Part shown: in pieces, positions 44,993 to 54,297 of the stretch | Layout: every line of letters starts with the position of its first letter | Position numbering within the stretch: the stretch's first letter is position 1 | Assembly (NCBI GenBank): GCA_022821685.1 | Contig: JAJEDD010000034.1 | Coordinates: 25,811 to 89,810, forward strand | DNA length: 64,000 bases | From: Acidimicrobiia bacterium | GTDB taxonomy: Bacteria > Actinomycetota > Acidimicrobiia > Acidimicrobiales > Aldehydirespiratoraceae | Direction: 5' to 3' | The notes under the pieces: model-generated | Seen by the model: only the letters and a program-made list of their open reading frames with translations | Database searches by the model: none | Told to the model about the DNA's origin: nothing | Translations under genes and position numbers: made by a program

Positions 44993-47900
44993 GTGACGCT
45001 GGGCTTCGGTGATCTTGCTGCGGGGATGCGGCTTTCGGGGGTGGTGGCTGACGCGGATGTGACGGTGGTGGCTGTGGAGATGCACGGCACCGGCTCGGCC
45101 ACTCTCACTTACAAGACCGGTGACGGCCGCCTCGGTGACCGGGTCATGCTCGTCGACGACTTGGCCCGGTTGGCGGAGGTGTCCGAGCGGCGGTGGAGCT
45201 TCGACGCCGACGGCGCGATGTTCCGGCTGGCCTCGGAGGCTCGCCGTATGCGGCAGGCTCATCTGGCGGATCCGTTCGCGGCTGTGGACACGTCCAATAT
45301 CGATCCGTATCCGCATCAGATCGATGCCGTCTACAACCGGCTGCTCGCCCAGAGGCCGCTGCGGTTCCTGCTGGCCGACGACCCCGGCGCGGGCAAGACG
45401 ATCATGTCGGGGCTGTTGATCCGCGAGCTGGTGCTGCGGGGTGATGTGGCCCGCTGCTTGATCGTGGCTCCGGGCAGCCTGGTGGAGCAGTGGCAGGACG
45501 AGTTGTGGGACAAGTTCGGCCTGTCCTTCGATCTAATGTCGCGGGCAGCGGTGGAGGCGTCTCGAACCGGCAACCCGTTCACCGAGAAGAACCTGCTCAT
45601 CGCCCGGGTGGACCAGCTGTCGCGCTCTGACGAGCTGATGGCAAGAGTCAAGGCTTCCGACTGGGATCTTGTGATCGTGGATGAGGCCCACAAGATGTCG
45701 GCTCACCGCTACGGCGACGAGTTGCGGCGCACCGGGCGATTTATGTTGGGGGAGGCGCTGCGGGAGTGCACCCGCCATCTGTTGCTGCTGACTGCCACGC
45801 CCCACAACGGCAAGAACGAGGACTTCCTCGCCTTCATGACCCTGATCGACCCCGAGCGCTTCGCGGGCCGGCTGCGAGACGGCAGTGGCGGCGGCTCGGG
45901 GGCAGACACCGACGGTGACGGCCCGGCTATGCCCGATGTCAGCGACGTTATGCGACGGCTGGTCAAGGAGAACCTGCGCACCTTCGAGGGCAAGCGCCTG
46001 TTTCCTCAGCGCCACGCTCACAGTCTCAACTTCGAGCTATCAGAGCCGGAGGCCGAGTTATACAAGGCGGTCACTGACTATGTGCGCAACGGCATGAACC
46101 GGGCGGCGCGGATGCGCGAGGAGGGCGACAAGAGCCGCGGGATCATTGTCGGTTTCGCGCTGGCCGGTCTTCAGCGCCGCCTGGCTTCGTCCCCTGCGGC
46201 CATCTATCACTCGCTGCGCCGCCGCCGGGACCGCTTGGATGCCCAGGCCGCGGAGTTGCGCCGTCTGGCTGCTTCCGGCAGTCCGGTGCCGGTGATCGAT
46301 CTGCCGAAGGGCGTGAAGATCGCCGATCTGGAGGACTTCGACTTCGACGACTACGACGACTCCGAGCGCGAGGACCTGGAGGGCGTCGTGATCGACGCGG
46401 CCACCGCGGCCGGCACCGCCGAGGAGTTGGAGGCCGAGGTCACCGAACTCAAGGAGTTGGTGAAGCTGGCCGACGGCGTGCGTCGCAGCGGCGTCGACGC
46501 CAAGTGGCTCCAGCTGCGGGGCCTGTTGCGCTCTGACCGCTTCGCGACGGGCGCTCTCTCGGATGCGGCCGACTCTGGCCTGGATTTGAGCGCCGACTCA
46601 GATTCGGCCCGCAAGTTGATTGTGTTCTCCGAGCACAAGGACACGCTCGACTATGTGGCCGAGCGGATCGAGTCCGAGCTGGGCCGGCCGGAGGCGGTGG
46701 TCAGGATCCACGGCGGCATCAAGCGCCACGACCGCCGCAGCATCCAAGACCGGTTCCGGGTCGATCCGACGGCGCGGGTGCTGGTGGCCACCGACGCGGC
46801 CGGCGAGGGCGTCAATCTCCAGGCGGCCAACATGGTGGTCAACTACGACTTGCCCTGGAACCCCAACCGCATCGAGCAGCGCTTCGGGCGGGTGCACCGC
46901 ATCGGGCAGCATCGGCCGTGCCATCTGTGGAACCTGGTCGCGTTCGAGACCCGCGAGGGCAAGGTGTTCGAGAGGCTGTTCGCCAAGATCGAGGAGCAGC
47001 GCGGCGTCTACGGCGACCAGGTGTACGACGTGCTGGGCGACGCCCAGATCAACCTGTCGCTGCGCGACCTGCTGATGCGGGCCATTGCCTCTGATGAGGA
47101 TCCTGCCCATGTCGAGTGGATGGACGAGGTGATCGACGATGACATCGGGCGCCAGATGCAGGGCGTGCTCGACGAGCGGGCGCTGGTGGCCGGGCTGGCC
47201 GATCCTGCCGCCAACGACAAGATCCGCCGCGACATGGAGATCGCTCGGGCCCGCCGGCTGCAGCCCTGGTTCGTGGAGTCGTTCTTCACCGAGGCTCTGC
47301 GCCGCTACGGCGGCCGTATCGCGGGGCGTGAGCACGGCCGCTTCGAGATAACCCGGGTGCCGGCCGCGGTCCGCGCCTGCGCCGAGACCGACCTCGGGCC
47401 GGTGCACGACCGCTACGAGAGAGTGACCTTCGACAAGGCCCACATCCAGCCGAACCGCGCCGGCGAGGGCCCACCGGGCGCATCGGTGCGGGCCGATCTG
47501 ATCTCTCCTGGCACGCCGCTGCTGGCGGCGGTGGTGAACAAGGTGATGGTCGACTTCGGCTCGACCCTGCGGCGGGGCGCAGTGCTGGTAGACGACAGCG
47601 ATCCGTCGACCGATTCACGCCTGCTCGTCTACCTGGACCACACCATCACCGACGGACGCGAGGTCCACGGCGCCCGCCAAGTGGTGTCACGCCGATTCCA
47701 CTATGTCGAGATCGACCGTGCCGGCAATGTCGGAGACCCCGGAGACGAGCCCTACCTCAACTACGTGCCCCTGACCCAGAACCAGCAGACACTCCTGGAC
47801 GGGCAACTAGACCTCGAATGGGCAGACCGAACCGCCGAGGACGCCGCCCGGTCCTGGGCCATCGAGCACCTGGCCGGCCCCCACTTCGACGAGGTAGCCG

Positions 47901-48607
47901 CAATCACCCACACCCGGGTCGCCAAGGTCTGGAATGCAGTGCGGGAGCGCCTGGAGTCCGAGATCCGCTACTGGGACCGGCGCACAGAGGAGATCAAGGC
48001 CCAGGAGATCGCAGGCAAGAAGCCCCGCATCAACTCCGGCCGCGCCCGAACCAGAGCCGATGAACTGCAGGCCCGCCTCGCCCGACGCCGCCTGGAGCTG
48101 ACCCAAGAGGACGACCTCCACAACAGCCCACCCACCATCGTCGCAGCCGCGGTAGTAGTGCCCCAAGGTCTGCTCGATGAGCTGGCCGGCCGAACCGTCC
48201 TCTCCGTCGACCCCGCCAAGAAGGCCGAAACCGACCGCCGAGCCGTAGCTGCAGTGATGAAGGCCGAACAGAAACTGGGCCGAGTGCCCGAGGAACAAGC
48301 CCACAGCAACCCCGGCTACGACGTGCTGTCCACCGACCCAGCCTCCGGAGCGTGCTACTTCATAGAGGTCAAAGGCCACCTACCCCAAACCGAACAGATC
48401 AGAGTCAGCCGCCGCCAAGTAGGCCAGTCCCACAACAACCGCGAACGCTGGCGACTAGCCGTGGTCTCCGTCCCCGAAGACCCCGACACCGAACCCGAGG
48501 TCCACTACCTGGTCGAACCATTCAAGAACGTGACACTGCACCCAGCCCAAACCAGCGTCCCCCTGAACGTCGCCGACCTCCTCACCTACGCCGGTCCGCC
48601 CTGCTGA
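44993..48607 (+). CDS. SNF2/DEAH-family helicase with a C-terminal DUF3883-like (PD-(D/E)xK-type) domain; helicase component of the defence triad
   Basis: DDPGAGKTIMSG (motif I, ~45378), IVDEAHKMSA (II, ~45677), LLLTATPHNG (III), VLVATDAAGEGVNLQ (V), PWNPNRIEQRFGRVHRIGQ (VI). Tail: GYDVLSTDPASGACYFIEVKGH...RWRLAVVSV. Confidence 0.85.
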   Translation: MTLGFGDLAAGMRLSGVVADADVTVVAVEMHGTGSATLTYKTGDGRLGDRVMLVDDLARLAEVSERRWSFDADGAMFRLASEARRMRQAHLADPFAAVDTSNIDPYPHQIDAVYNRLLAQRPLRFLLADDPGAGKTIMSGLLIRELVLRGDVARCLIVAPGSLVEQWQDELWDKFGLSFDLMSRAAVEASRTGNPFTEKNLLIARVDQLSRSDELMARVKASDWDLVIVDEAHKMSAHRYGDELRRTGRFMLGEALRECTRHLLLLTATPHNGKNEDFLAFMTLIDPERFAGRLRDGSGGGSGADTDGDGPAMPDVSDVMRRLVKENLRTFEGKRLFPQRHAHSLNFELSEPEAELYKAVTDYVRNGMNRAARMREEGDKSRGIIVGFALAGLQRRLASSPAAIYHSLRRRRDRLDAQAAELRRLAASGSPVPVIDLPKGVKIADLEDFDFDDYDDSEREDLEGVVIDAATAAGTAEELEAEVTELKELVKLADGVRRSGVDAKWLQLRGLLRSDRFATGALSDAADSGLDLSADSDSARKLIVFSEHKDTLDYVAERIESELGRPEAVVRIHGGIKRHDRRSIQDRFRVDPTARVLVATDAAGEGVNLQAANMVVNYDLPWNPNRIEQRFGRVHRIGQHRPCHLWNLVAFETREGKVFERLFAKIEEQRGVYGDQVYDVLGDAQINLSLRDLLMRAIASDEDPAHVEWMDEVIDDDIGRQMQGVLDERALVAGLADPAANDKIRRDMEIARARRLQPWFVESFFTEALRRYGGRIAGREHGRFEITRVPAAVRACAETDLGPVHDRYERVTFDKAHIQPNRAGEGPPGASVRADLISPGTPLLAAVVNKVMVDFGSTLRRGAVLVDDSDPSTDSRLLVYLDHTITDGREVHGARQVVSRRFHYVEIDRAGNVGDPGDEPYLNYVPLTQNQQTLLDGQLDLEWADRTAEDAARSWAIEHLAGPHFDEVAAITHTRVAKVWNAVRERLESEIRYWDRRTEEIKAQEIAGKKPRINSGRARTRADELQARLARRRLELTQEDDLHNSPPTIVAAAVVVPQGLLDELAGRTVLSVDPAKKAETDRRAVAAVMKAEQKLGRVPEEQAHSNPGYDVLSTDPASGACYFIEVKGHLPQTEQIRVSRRQVGQSHNNRERWRLAVVSVPEDPDTEPEVHYLVEPFKNVTLHPAQTSVPLNVADLLTYAGPPC

Positions 48608-48658
48608 GCGCAAGGACCGTCCGGGCAGTGCCCGAAAGGCAAGCGGGCTGTGATGTTG

Positions 48659-50263
48659 TTAGTCCAGCAGGGAGATAGGTGGCCGGCCGCCTGGTGTTCC
48701 GACCATTCGCAGTTCTGCTTCTGCCCGTGCGGCGAGTGCTGTGGGCGAGGTTGCCCGGTCTGCTTGGAGTTGGGCATGAACGATGCGGTCCAAGCCTGCA
48801 CCGACCAGACTGAAGGCGGTCCTTGTGGTTGCCGATAGGGCGGCTGATCGAAATGAGCCCGAGTGCGCGATCAGGTTTCGCTGGTTGTAGAGCCGGCGCA
48901 GTGACTCCGTGACGTACCGGCGGATGCGTTGGAGCTCGCCTGAGGGATCCATCAAGATTCCGATTGTGCGGTTCTGCGCGGCGATGTCGCTGCTGTCTGT
49001 CAGCGCGAGGCGTTTTCCCGCTCTCAGGTGGCTCGCGACCAGCTTCACTCTCGCATAGTTGGACTCTGCTTCTTCTAGTTGGTTGGCCAGGGTGTCATCG
49101 GCGATTCGCATGTGCTGGTGGGCAAGCGGCGTCAACTCGGCGCGAGGCAGAGAGCAGGTCACGAGAGCGGCGAGGCGGTCCGCCGCCAGGTAGTGCTGAC
49201 CCTCACCGGGGCGGATGAGCAGTCCTTCGATCGCGGACCATCCGCCAATGATCGCCGCGCCGGCGCTCGGGGACTGCATGTACGAGGCCAGTTCCAGTGC
49301 GTCGTCGGTCGCTGCCGGAAGGCTGCCGTCAAACCGATACACGGATGCCTGTCGATCGAGGCTGCCGATTTCGACGTGGTTGACTTGATGGTTGACGTCG
49401 AAGCTGCGGGGGCTGCCCGCCACGCGGGCCCAGCCGTCCATCTGGATGCCCTCGTCGTTCAGCCGCGCTACTTTGGCTCGCGCATCAGCGCGCGCGACCA
49501 GGGATCTGGCCGCACTGACGGCGGCCCACGGGTCGCGTTGCTCGACGGCTGCGAGGAATCCCCCGCTGTGTCTTCTCGACTCTGCCTCGGGCACATTCGC
49601 GTGGAGCCATTCGGCAGCGGCGCGGCCGTCCAGCCACGTCACCGAGCCTGACGGCTCAGATGGCTTGGCATACGGAGCGGAGCAGGGCACCAGTACGGCG
49701 AACCGGCGAGGCTGCATCGTAGCGACCATCTCCGCGGCACTTTCCGCCAGTTCGGGGAGGGCCGTCAGCGAGGAGTGGTTGGCCTGTAGCCATCGGTACA
49801 GGTGTGTGCTGCTGAAGCCTGCGTCGAGCAGGTGTGAGGCGATGGTGCGTGCGGCGAACTCGACGGGGACGTCTTCCGGCGCGTCCACCCATCGGCCGAG
49901 GTAGTCGTCTCGCGCGCGGCGGACAAGGTGGTCGAGCTCATCGCGTAGGTCCCGGCGCACATCCTTGGGAGACGCGACTTCCAGTCGGCTGAGCAGCCCG
50001 CCAAGCTCGGAAGCTAGATGAGCGACACCGGGATCTCGGTCCGCTTCTCGGCGGGCGGTCTCGACGACGTACCTCAGGCCCTCGGTGTTGGATGCCCGTC
50101 CGGCCATGCAGTCGTCGGCGTACTCGAGCACCTCCCGCAGGCCGAGCGCCAGGCCTATGCTCCACAAGCGCCTGTGCCACGGAGCACGCTCGGCGAAGAA
50201 GTCTCGAAGCCTGCTGCAAACCAAGTCGAAATCAGTAGGGGAGGGTGCTTGTCGAGCGTCCAC
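48659..50263 (-). CDS. uncharacterised 534-aa protein with a C-terminal HEPN-like Rx4H motif
   Basis: SLRRLYNQRNLIAHSGSF (RNLIAH, ~48853..48900 on the plus strand). The rest has no recognised family. It is antisense to the flanking helicase and methylase genes and visibly more AT-rich than the core genome. GTG start, no SD. Confidence 0.6.
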   Translation of the reverse strand: MDARQAPSPTDFDLVCSRLRDFFAERAPWHRRLWSIGLALGLREVLEYADDCMAGRASNTEGLRYVVETARREADRDPGVAHLASELGGLLSRLEVASPKDVRRDLRDELDHLVRRARDDYLGRWVDAPEDVPVEFAARTIASHLLDAGFSSTHLYRWLQANHSSLTALPELAESAAEMVATMQPRRFAVLVPCSAPYAKPSEPSGSVTWLDGRAAAEWLHANVPEAESRRHSGGFLAAVEQRDPWAAVSAARSLVARADARAKVARLNDEGIQMDGWARVAGSPRSFDVNHQVNHVEIGSLDRQASVYRFDGSLPAATDDALELASYMQSPSAGAAIIGGWSAIEGLLIRPGEGQHYLAADRLAALVTCSLPRAELTPLAHQHMRIADDTLANQLEEAESNYARVKLVASHLRAGKRLALTDSSDIAAQNRTIGILMDPSGELQRIRRYVTESLRRLYNQRNLIAHSGSFRSAALSATTRTAFSLVGAGLDRIVHAQLQADRATSPTALAARAEAELRMVGTPGGRPPISLLD

Positions 50264-50388
50264 GGGTTCAGTATGCTCAGATCAGACCTTGACGCGAGGA
50301 GCGTCGGTCACCGTCTAGACAGGGAGGAGCCGCCCCAGGGCCGCTCCTCCCTTTGCCGTCTACACGCCATGCCGCAGGGTGCGGGGCT

Positions 50389-50505
50389 AGGGCTGCTCGG
50401 GTTGGGCCGCCCTGACTGGTTATCGGACAACTTCTTCGGCGAGAACGCCGGCTACCGCTACTTCAGGGCTGCTCGGGTTGGGCCGCCCTGACTGGTTATC
50501 GGACA
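50389..50505 (+). repeat. perfect 41-bp direct repeat pair (period 76 bp)
   Basis: agggctgctcgggttgggccgccctgactggttatcggaca occurs at 50389..50429 and 50465..50505, identical base for base, separated by 35 bp. Confidence 0.9.
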
Positions 50506-50528
50506 GGTACTTCGCTCCCGCTGCATTC

Positions 50529-50540
50529 GGGGGGGGGGGG
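50529..50540 (+). repeat. G12 homopolymeric tract
   Basis: cattcGGGGGGGGGGGGcgag, the only long homopolymer I found in the window, ~235 bp upstream of the methylase start. Confidence 0.9.
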
Positions 50541-50773
50541 CGAGAGAATCCGAGCGCCTTGAACGTTGACCGCTGGCTGGTCGCGATCAGGGAGCAGCGC
50601 ATCACTTCCTTCCTTGATGGTGCTCATGGCTGTCCCCCTGCCGGGGCCCAGGCGAATGCTCGACTGCGTTCGAGACCGCGTTTCCCGAAGCGGCCGATCG
50701 GTGCTCGTACATCGAGAATGCGGTCAGGCGAGCTACCCCTTCCTTCGGGCACCGCGCACTGGCATCGCTACCC

Positions 50774-53578
50774 TTGGTCGTGGTGGCGAGACACCGGCCG
50801 AAGTTGATTGAGGTGGCTTTGCCGTTGGCGGCGATCAACCGCGAGGCGGCTCGGGAGAAGTCGATTCGGCATGGGCACCCGTCGACGCTGCATCTTTGGT
50901 GGGCTCGGCGGCCGTTGGCAGCGGCCCGGGCGGTGATCTGGGCGTCGTTGGTGGACGATCCCTCGGGCTATGACGAGTTCGCGGCCCCAGACGACGAGAC
51001 CGACGAGCAGAAGGCAGAGCGCGAGCAGAAGATGGACGCTGAGCGGCAGCGGCTGTTCGGGATCCTGGAGCGGCTCGTCAAGTGGGAGAACTCGAACAAT
51101 CCCGGCGTGCTGGCCGAGGCCCGGGCCGAGATCGACCGGTGCTTCCCCGACGGGCCGCCGCCGATCCTGGACCCCTTCGCCGGGGGAGGGGCCATACCGC
51201 TGGAGGCCCAGCGACTCGGGCTCTCCGCACTCGCTGGAGACTTGAACCCCGTGGCGGTGCTCATCAACAAGGCGATGATCGAGATCCCGCCCCGCTTCGC
51301 GGGGATGCCGCCGGTGCATCCCGACATCGACAAGACCCTCACTACCTGGGAGCGGGCCCAGGGACTTGCCGCTGACGTCGCGGCGTACGGACAGTGGATG
51401 CGCGACGAGGCCAAGGAGCGCATCGGGCACCTGTATCCCGACGCCACCGGTCCCAACGGCGAGAAGTTCACGCCTATCGCCTGGATCTGGGCCCGCACCG
51501 TGGAGTCGCCCGACCCCAGCTGGTCAGGCCATGTGCCGCTAGTCGCGTCATGGACGCTCGCGAAGCGGCCAGGCGAGCCCAAGGTCTGGATTGAACCCAT
51601 TATCGACCGAGAGATGCAAGCAATCAGCTTTGAGATCCACCGGGGTGGTGAACCATCGCACCAACGGACTACGAGCCGAGCGGGCGGAGTCTGCATCGCC
51701 ACAGGAGCTGCAATGTCGTTTGAGTACCTCCGGTCGGAGTTCCGTGCTCGTCGGACTGGCCTTCAATTGATGGCCATCGTTTGTGAAGGTAGCGGCCGAA
51801 CCTATGTCGCCCCAGCAGAGGACCATGTCATGGCGAGCAGCGTCTCCAGCCCCCCTACGACGAGCCTCGGCGAGATATTCGACTGGCCTGGCCGCACGAA
51901 CGTTGTGCGATACGGCATGACCAGATGGGAAGAGCTGTTTACACCCAGGCAGCTTGTGGCGCTGACGACATTCTCGGGTCTCCTCGGCGAGGTGGCGAAG
52001 AAGGTGAAGTCGGATGCGATAGAAGCGGGTCTGACTGTTGACGGTCGCCGACTGCACGAGGACGGCAGAGGTGCCGATGCCTACGCGGACGCGGCTGTCA
52101 CGTACTTGGCTTTCGCAATCGATAAGTGCGCCGACTATTGGTCCACGATCTGCACCTGGCACAACTCACGGGAGTTGATTCGCAACACCTTCGGACGTCA
52201 AGCGATCCCCATGACCTGGGACTTCGCCGAATGCAATCCGTTCTCTGGATCGACTGGCAACTGGATGGCGATGATTGATTGGATCGTGAAGGCGGTATCG
52301 CATTTTCCTGCTTCGGCTTCAGGCGGGGAGGCTCTGCAGCGGGATGCGCGAGCGCGCGTCCAAGAGTCGGCAGGGGCTCTGCTATCGACTGATCCGCCCT
52401 ACTACGACAACATCTCCTATGCCGACCTGTCGGACTTCTTCTACGTGTGGCTACGACGCAATCTGGCCGACGTGTGGCCTGATGAGTGCTCAACTCTATT
52501 GACGCCCAAGGCTGAGGAATTGATCGCGAACCAGTATCGGGCTGGCTCACGGGAAGAGGCCGAGGAGCACTTCGAGTCTGGAATGGCCGAATTCATGGCT
52601 CAAGTTGCCCACGCTCAGGCAGCGGACATACCTGCCTCGATCTACTACGCGTACAAGGCTACCGAGGCCAAGGATGGGGAGATTCGGACCACAGGTTGGG
52701 ACACGTTCCTGCAAGCTGTTCTTGATGCAGGCTTGCAGATCAACGCGACGTGGCCGATGCGCACAGAACTGGGCAATCGCCTCCTCGCATCAAAGGCGAA
52801 CGCCTTGGCGTCCTCAGTGGTCCTTGCGTGTCGGCCTCGACCGTCCTCGGCAGTGCTCGCCACTCGAGGCGAGTTCATCGCTGCACTACGGCAGGAGTTG
52901 CCAGAGGCGGTGCGGGTGTTGCAGTCGGGCAATATTGCTCCGGTGGACATGGCGCAGTCCACCATCGGGCCGGGCATCAAGGTGTTCTCCCGGTATGCCC
53001 GGGTGGTGGAGGCCGACGGGTCGTCGATGCCGGTGTCGGCGGCACTGGCCATCATCAACGATGTGCTGGGCGAAGTGCTCGATGGTGAGGAGGCCGAACT
53101 CGACGCCGACACCCGCTTTGCGCTCACCTGGTTTGCCGAGCACGGCTACGACCCTGGACCCTCGGGCGACGCCGACAGCGTGGCCCGGGCCAAGAACACC
53201 TCGCTGGCTGGCATCAGGGAATCCGGCATCGGCGAGGCCCGCGCCGGCAAGTTCCGCCTCTATGAGCGGAGTGAACTCCCACCGGACTGGTCGCCGGTGC
53301 ACGACGACCGGCGCACTGTGTGGGAGGCGACCCAGCACTTGGCCGCCGCGCTGGAACGCTCAGAGTCTGAGGCGGCTGAATTGCTGCACGTCCTTGGCGG
53401 CTATGGCGACCGAGCGCGCCAGCTCGCTTACCTGCTGTATCAGAAGGCCAATGACCGTGGTTGGGCCTCAGAGGCCGGGGCCTACAACAGCTTGATCACG
53501 GCTTGGCCCAATTTGCGCACCGGCGCCGCCACCGTCGCAGCTGCGGCCGCTGGCCCCTCCCAGCAACACCTGCTGTGA
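50774..53578 (+). CDS. DUF1156-type DNA methyltransferase (N6-adenine/N4-cytosine class, DPPY)
   Basis: N-terminus KLIEVALPLAAINREAAREKSIRHGHPSTLHLWWARRPLAAARAV (DUF1156 signature). ILDPFAGGGAIPLEAQRLG (SAM motif I, ~51160). LLSTDPPYYDNISYADLSDFFYVW (motif IV, ~52390). TTG/GTG start. Confidence 0.85.
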   Translation: MVVVARHRPKLIEVALPLAAINREAAREKSIRHGHPSTLHLWWARRPLAAARAVIWASLVDDPSGYDEFAAPDDETDEQKAEREQKMDAERQRLFGILERLVKWENSNNPGVLAEARAEIDRCFPDGPPPILDPFAGGGAIPLEAQRLGLSALAGDLNPVAVLINKAMIEIPPRFAGMPPVHPDIDKTLTTWERAQGLAADVAAYGQWMRDEAKERIGHLYPDATGPNGEKFTPIAWIWARTVESPDPSWSGHVPLVASWTLAKRPGEPKVWIEPIIDREMQAISFEIHRGGEPSHQRTTSRAGGVCIATGAAMSFEYLRSEFRARRTGLQLMAIVCEGSGRTYVAPAEDHVMASSVSSPPTTSLGEIFDWPGRTNVVRYGMTRWEELFTPRQLVALTTFSGLLGEVAKKVKSDAIEAGLTVDGRRLHEDGRGADAYADAAVTYLAFAIDKCADYWSTICTWHNSRELIRNTFGRQAIPMTWDFAECNPFSGSTGNWMAMIDWIVKAVSHFPASASGGEALQRDARARVQESAGALLSTDPPYYDNISYADLSDFFYVWLRRNLADVWPDECSTLLTPKAEELIANQYRAGSREEAEEHFESGMAEFMAQVAHAQAADIPASIYYAYKATEAKDGEIRTTGWDTFLQAVLDAGLQINATWPMRTELGNRLLASKANALASSVVLACRPRPSSAVLATRGEFIAALRQELPEAVRVLQSGNIAPVDMAQSTIGPGIKVFSRYARVVEADGSSMPVSAALAIINDVLGEVLDGEEAELDADTRFALTWFAEHGYDPGPSGDADSVARAKNTSLAGIRESGIGEARAGKFRLYERSELPPDWSPVHDDRRTVWEATQHLAAALERSESEAAELLHVLGGYGDRARQLAYLLYQKANDRGWASEAGAYNSLITAWPNLRTGAATVAAAAAGPSQQHLL

Positions 53579-53611
53579 CGACGCCTCACCCCTCCATCGC
53601 GTGGCTCGGCA

Positions 53612-54010
53612 TCATTCGAAGACGACTCGCTCCTGGATCCATGCCGCGAGGGCTTGCTCGTCAATCTTGCCTGCGGCGACTGCGAGCATCGTCCGCTCGG
53701 CATCGTCGACCTCGGGTGGATCGGGCTCCCACCTACCGCCGTTGAGGTCGATGAACAGGACAAGGGAAGCCCAAGCGGCGCGCTTGTTGCCGTCGGGTAG
53801 CGGGTGATTGCGAGCTAGCCGCCAGCACAGCACGGCCGCCTTATCGCTGAGATGGGGATAGAAGTCCTCGTCGCCGAAGCCCGACTTTGGAGCATGGAGC
53901 GCAGAGTCCGCGAGTTCGATGCGGCTGGACTGGGAGAGCACCTCAGCCGAGATGCCTGTGACCTGTTCGGAGAGCCAGAGATACTCCGAGAGGCTCAGGT
54001 ATCTCGTCAC
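53612..54010 (-). CDS. doc: Doc (death-on-curing, Fic-fold) toxin
   Basis: KAAVLCWRLARNHPLPDGNKRAAWASLVLFIDLNG (Fic/Doc HxFx(D/N)GNKR-type motif). ATGA-type 4-nt overlap with the upstream antitoxin. Confidence 0.8.
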   Translation of the reverse strand: MTRYLSLSEYLWLSEQVTGISAEVLSQSSRIELADSALHAPKSGFGDEDFYPHLSDKAAVLCWRLARNHPLPDGNKRAAWASLVLFIDLNGGRWEPDPPEVDDAERTMLAVAAGKIDEQALAAWIQERVVFE

Positions 54011-54216
54011 TGGGCCAGACGATCCAGCAACTCCTGGTCCCGTTCGATCAGTCTCCTTGCGCGAGCCGTGAAGTCCTCGTCGGCTCTCACGCGCCTTATC
54101 TCTGCGCGTAGTGAGTCGACGACGAGTTGGTTCACGCTCGAGCCCCGCACTCGGGCCACGGCCTCAGCCTCCTGCGCCAAGTCTTCCGGCAGTCGCACGG
54201 TCGTCTGTCTGGTCAT
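54007..54216 (-). CDS. ribbon-helix-helix (CopG/Phd-like) antitoxin
   Basis: MTRQTTVRLPEDLAQEAEAVARVRGSSVNQLVVDSLRAEI; start at ATG 54216. Confidence 0.7.
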   Translation of the reverse strand: MTRQTTVRLPEDLAQEAEAVARVRGSSVNQLVVDSLRAEIRRVRADEDFTARARRLIERDQELLDRLAQ

Positions 54217-54297
54217 GACATCACAATATCGTGATATCACAATCGTCGCTACATCCAGGACCCTCGCAACCCGCACCCGAGTCGAGGACCAGGACGC

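Noticed and set aside
50389-50505. Possible mini-CRISPR: a 41-bp repeat, a 35-bp spacer, then a 41-bp repeat.
   Set aside because: There are only two repeats and no cas genes in the window. The repeat is longer than typical, has no palindromic core, and the flanking sequence after repeat 2 partly resembles the spacer. This looks like a 76-bp tandem duplication rather than an array.
50420-50627. Small minus-strand ORFs spanning the poly-C (poly-G) tract, treated as real protein-coding genes.
   Set aside because: They are short, lack family similarity, and their frame depends on tract length. I kept them only as part of the phase-variation hypothesis and did not annotate them as CDS.
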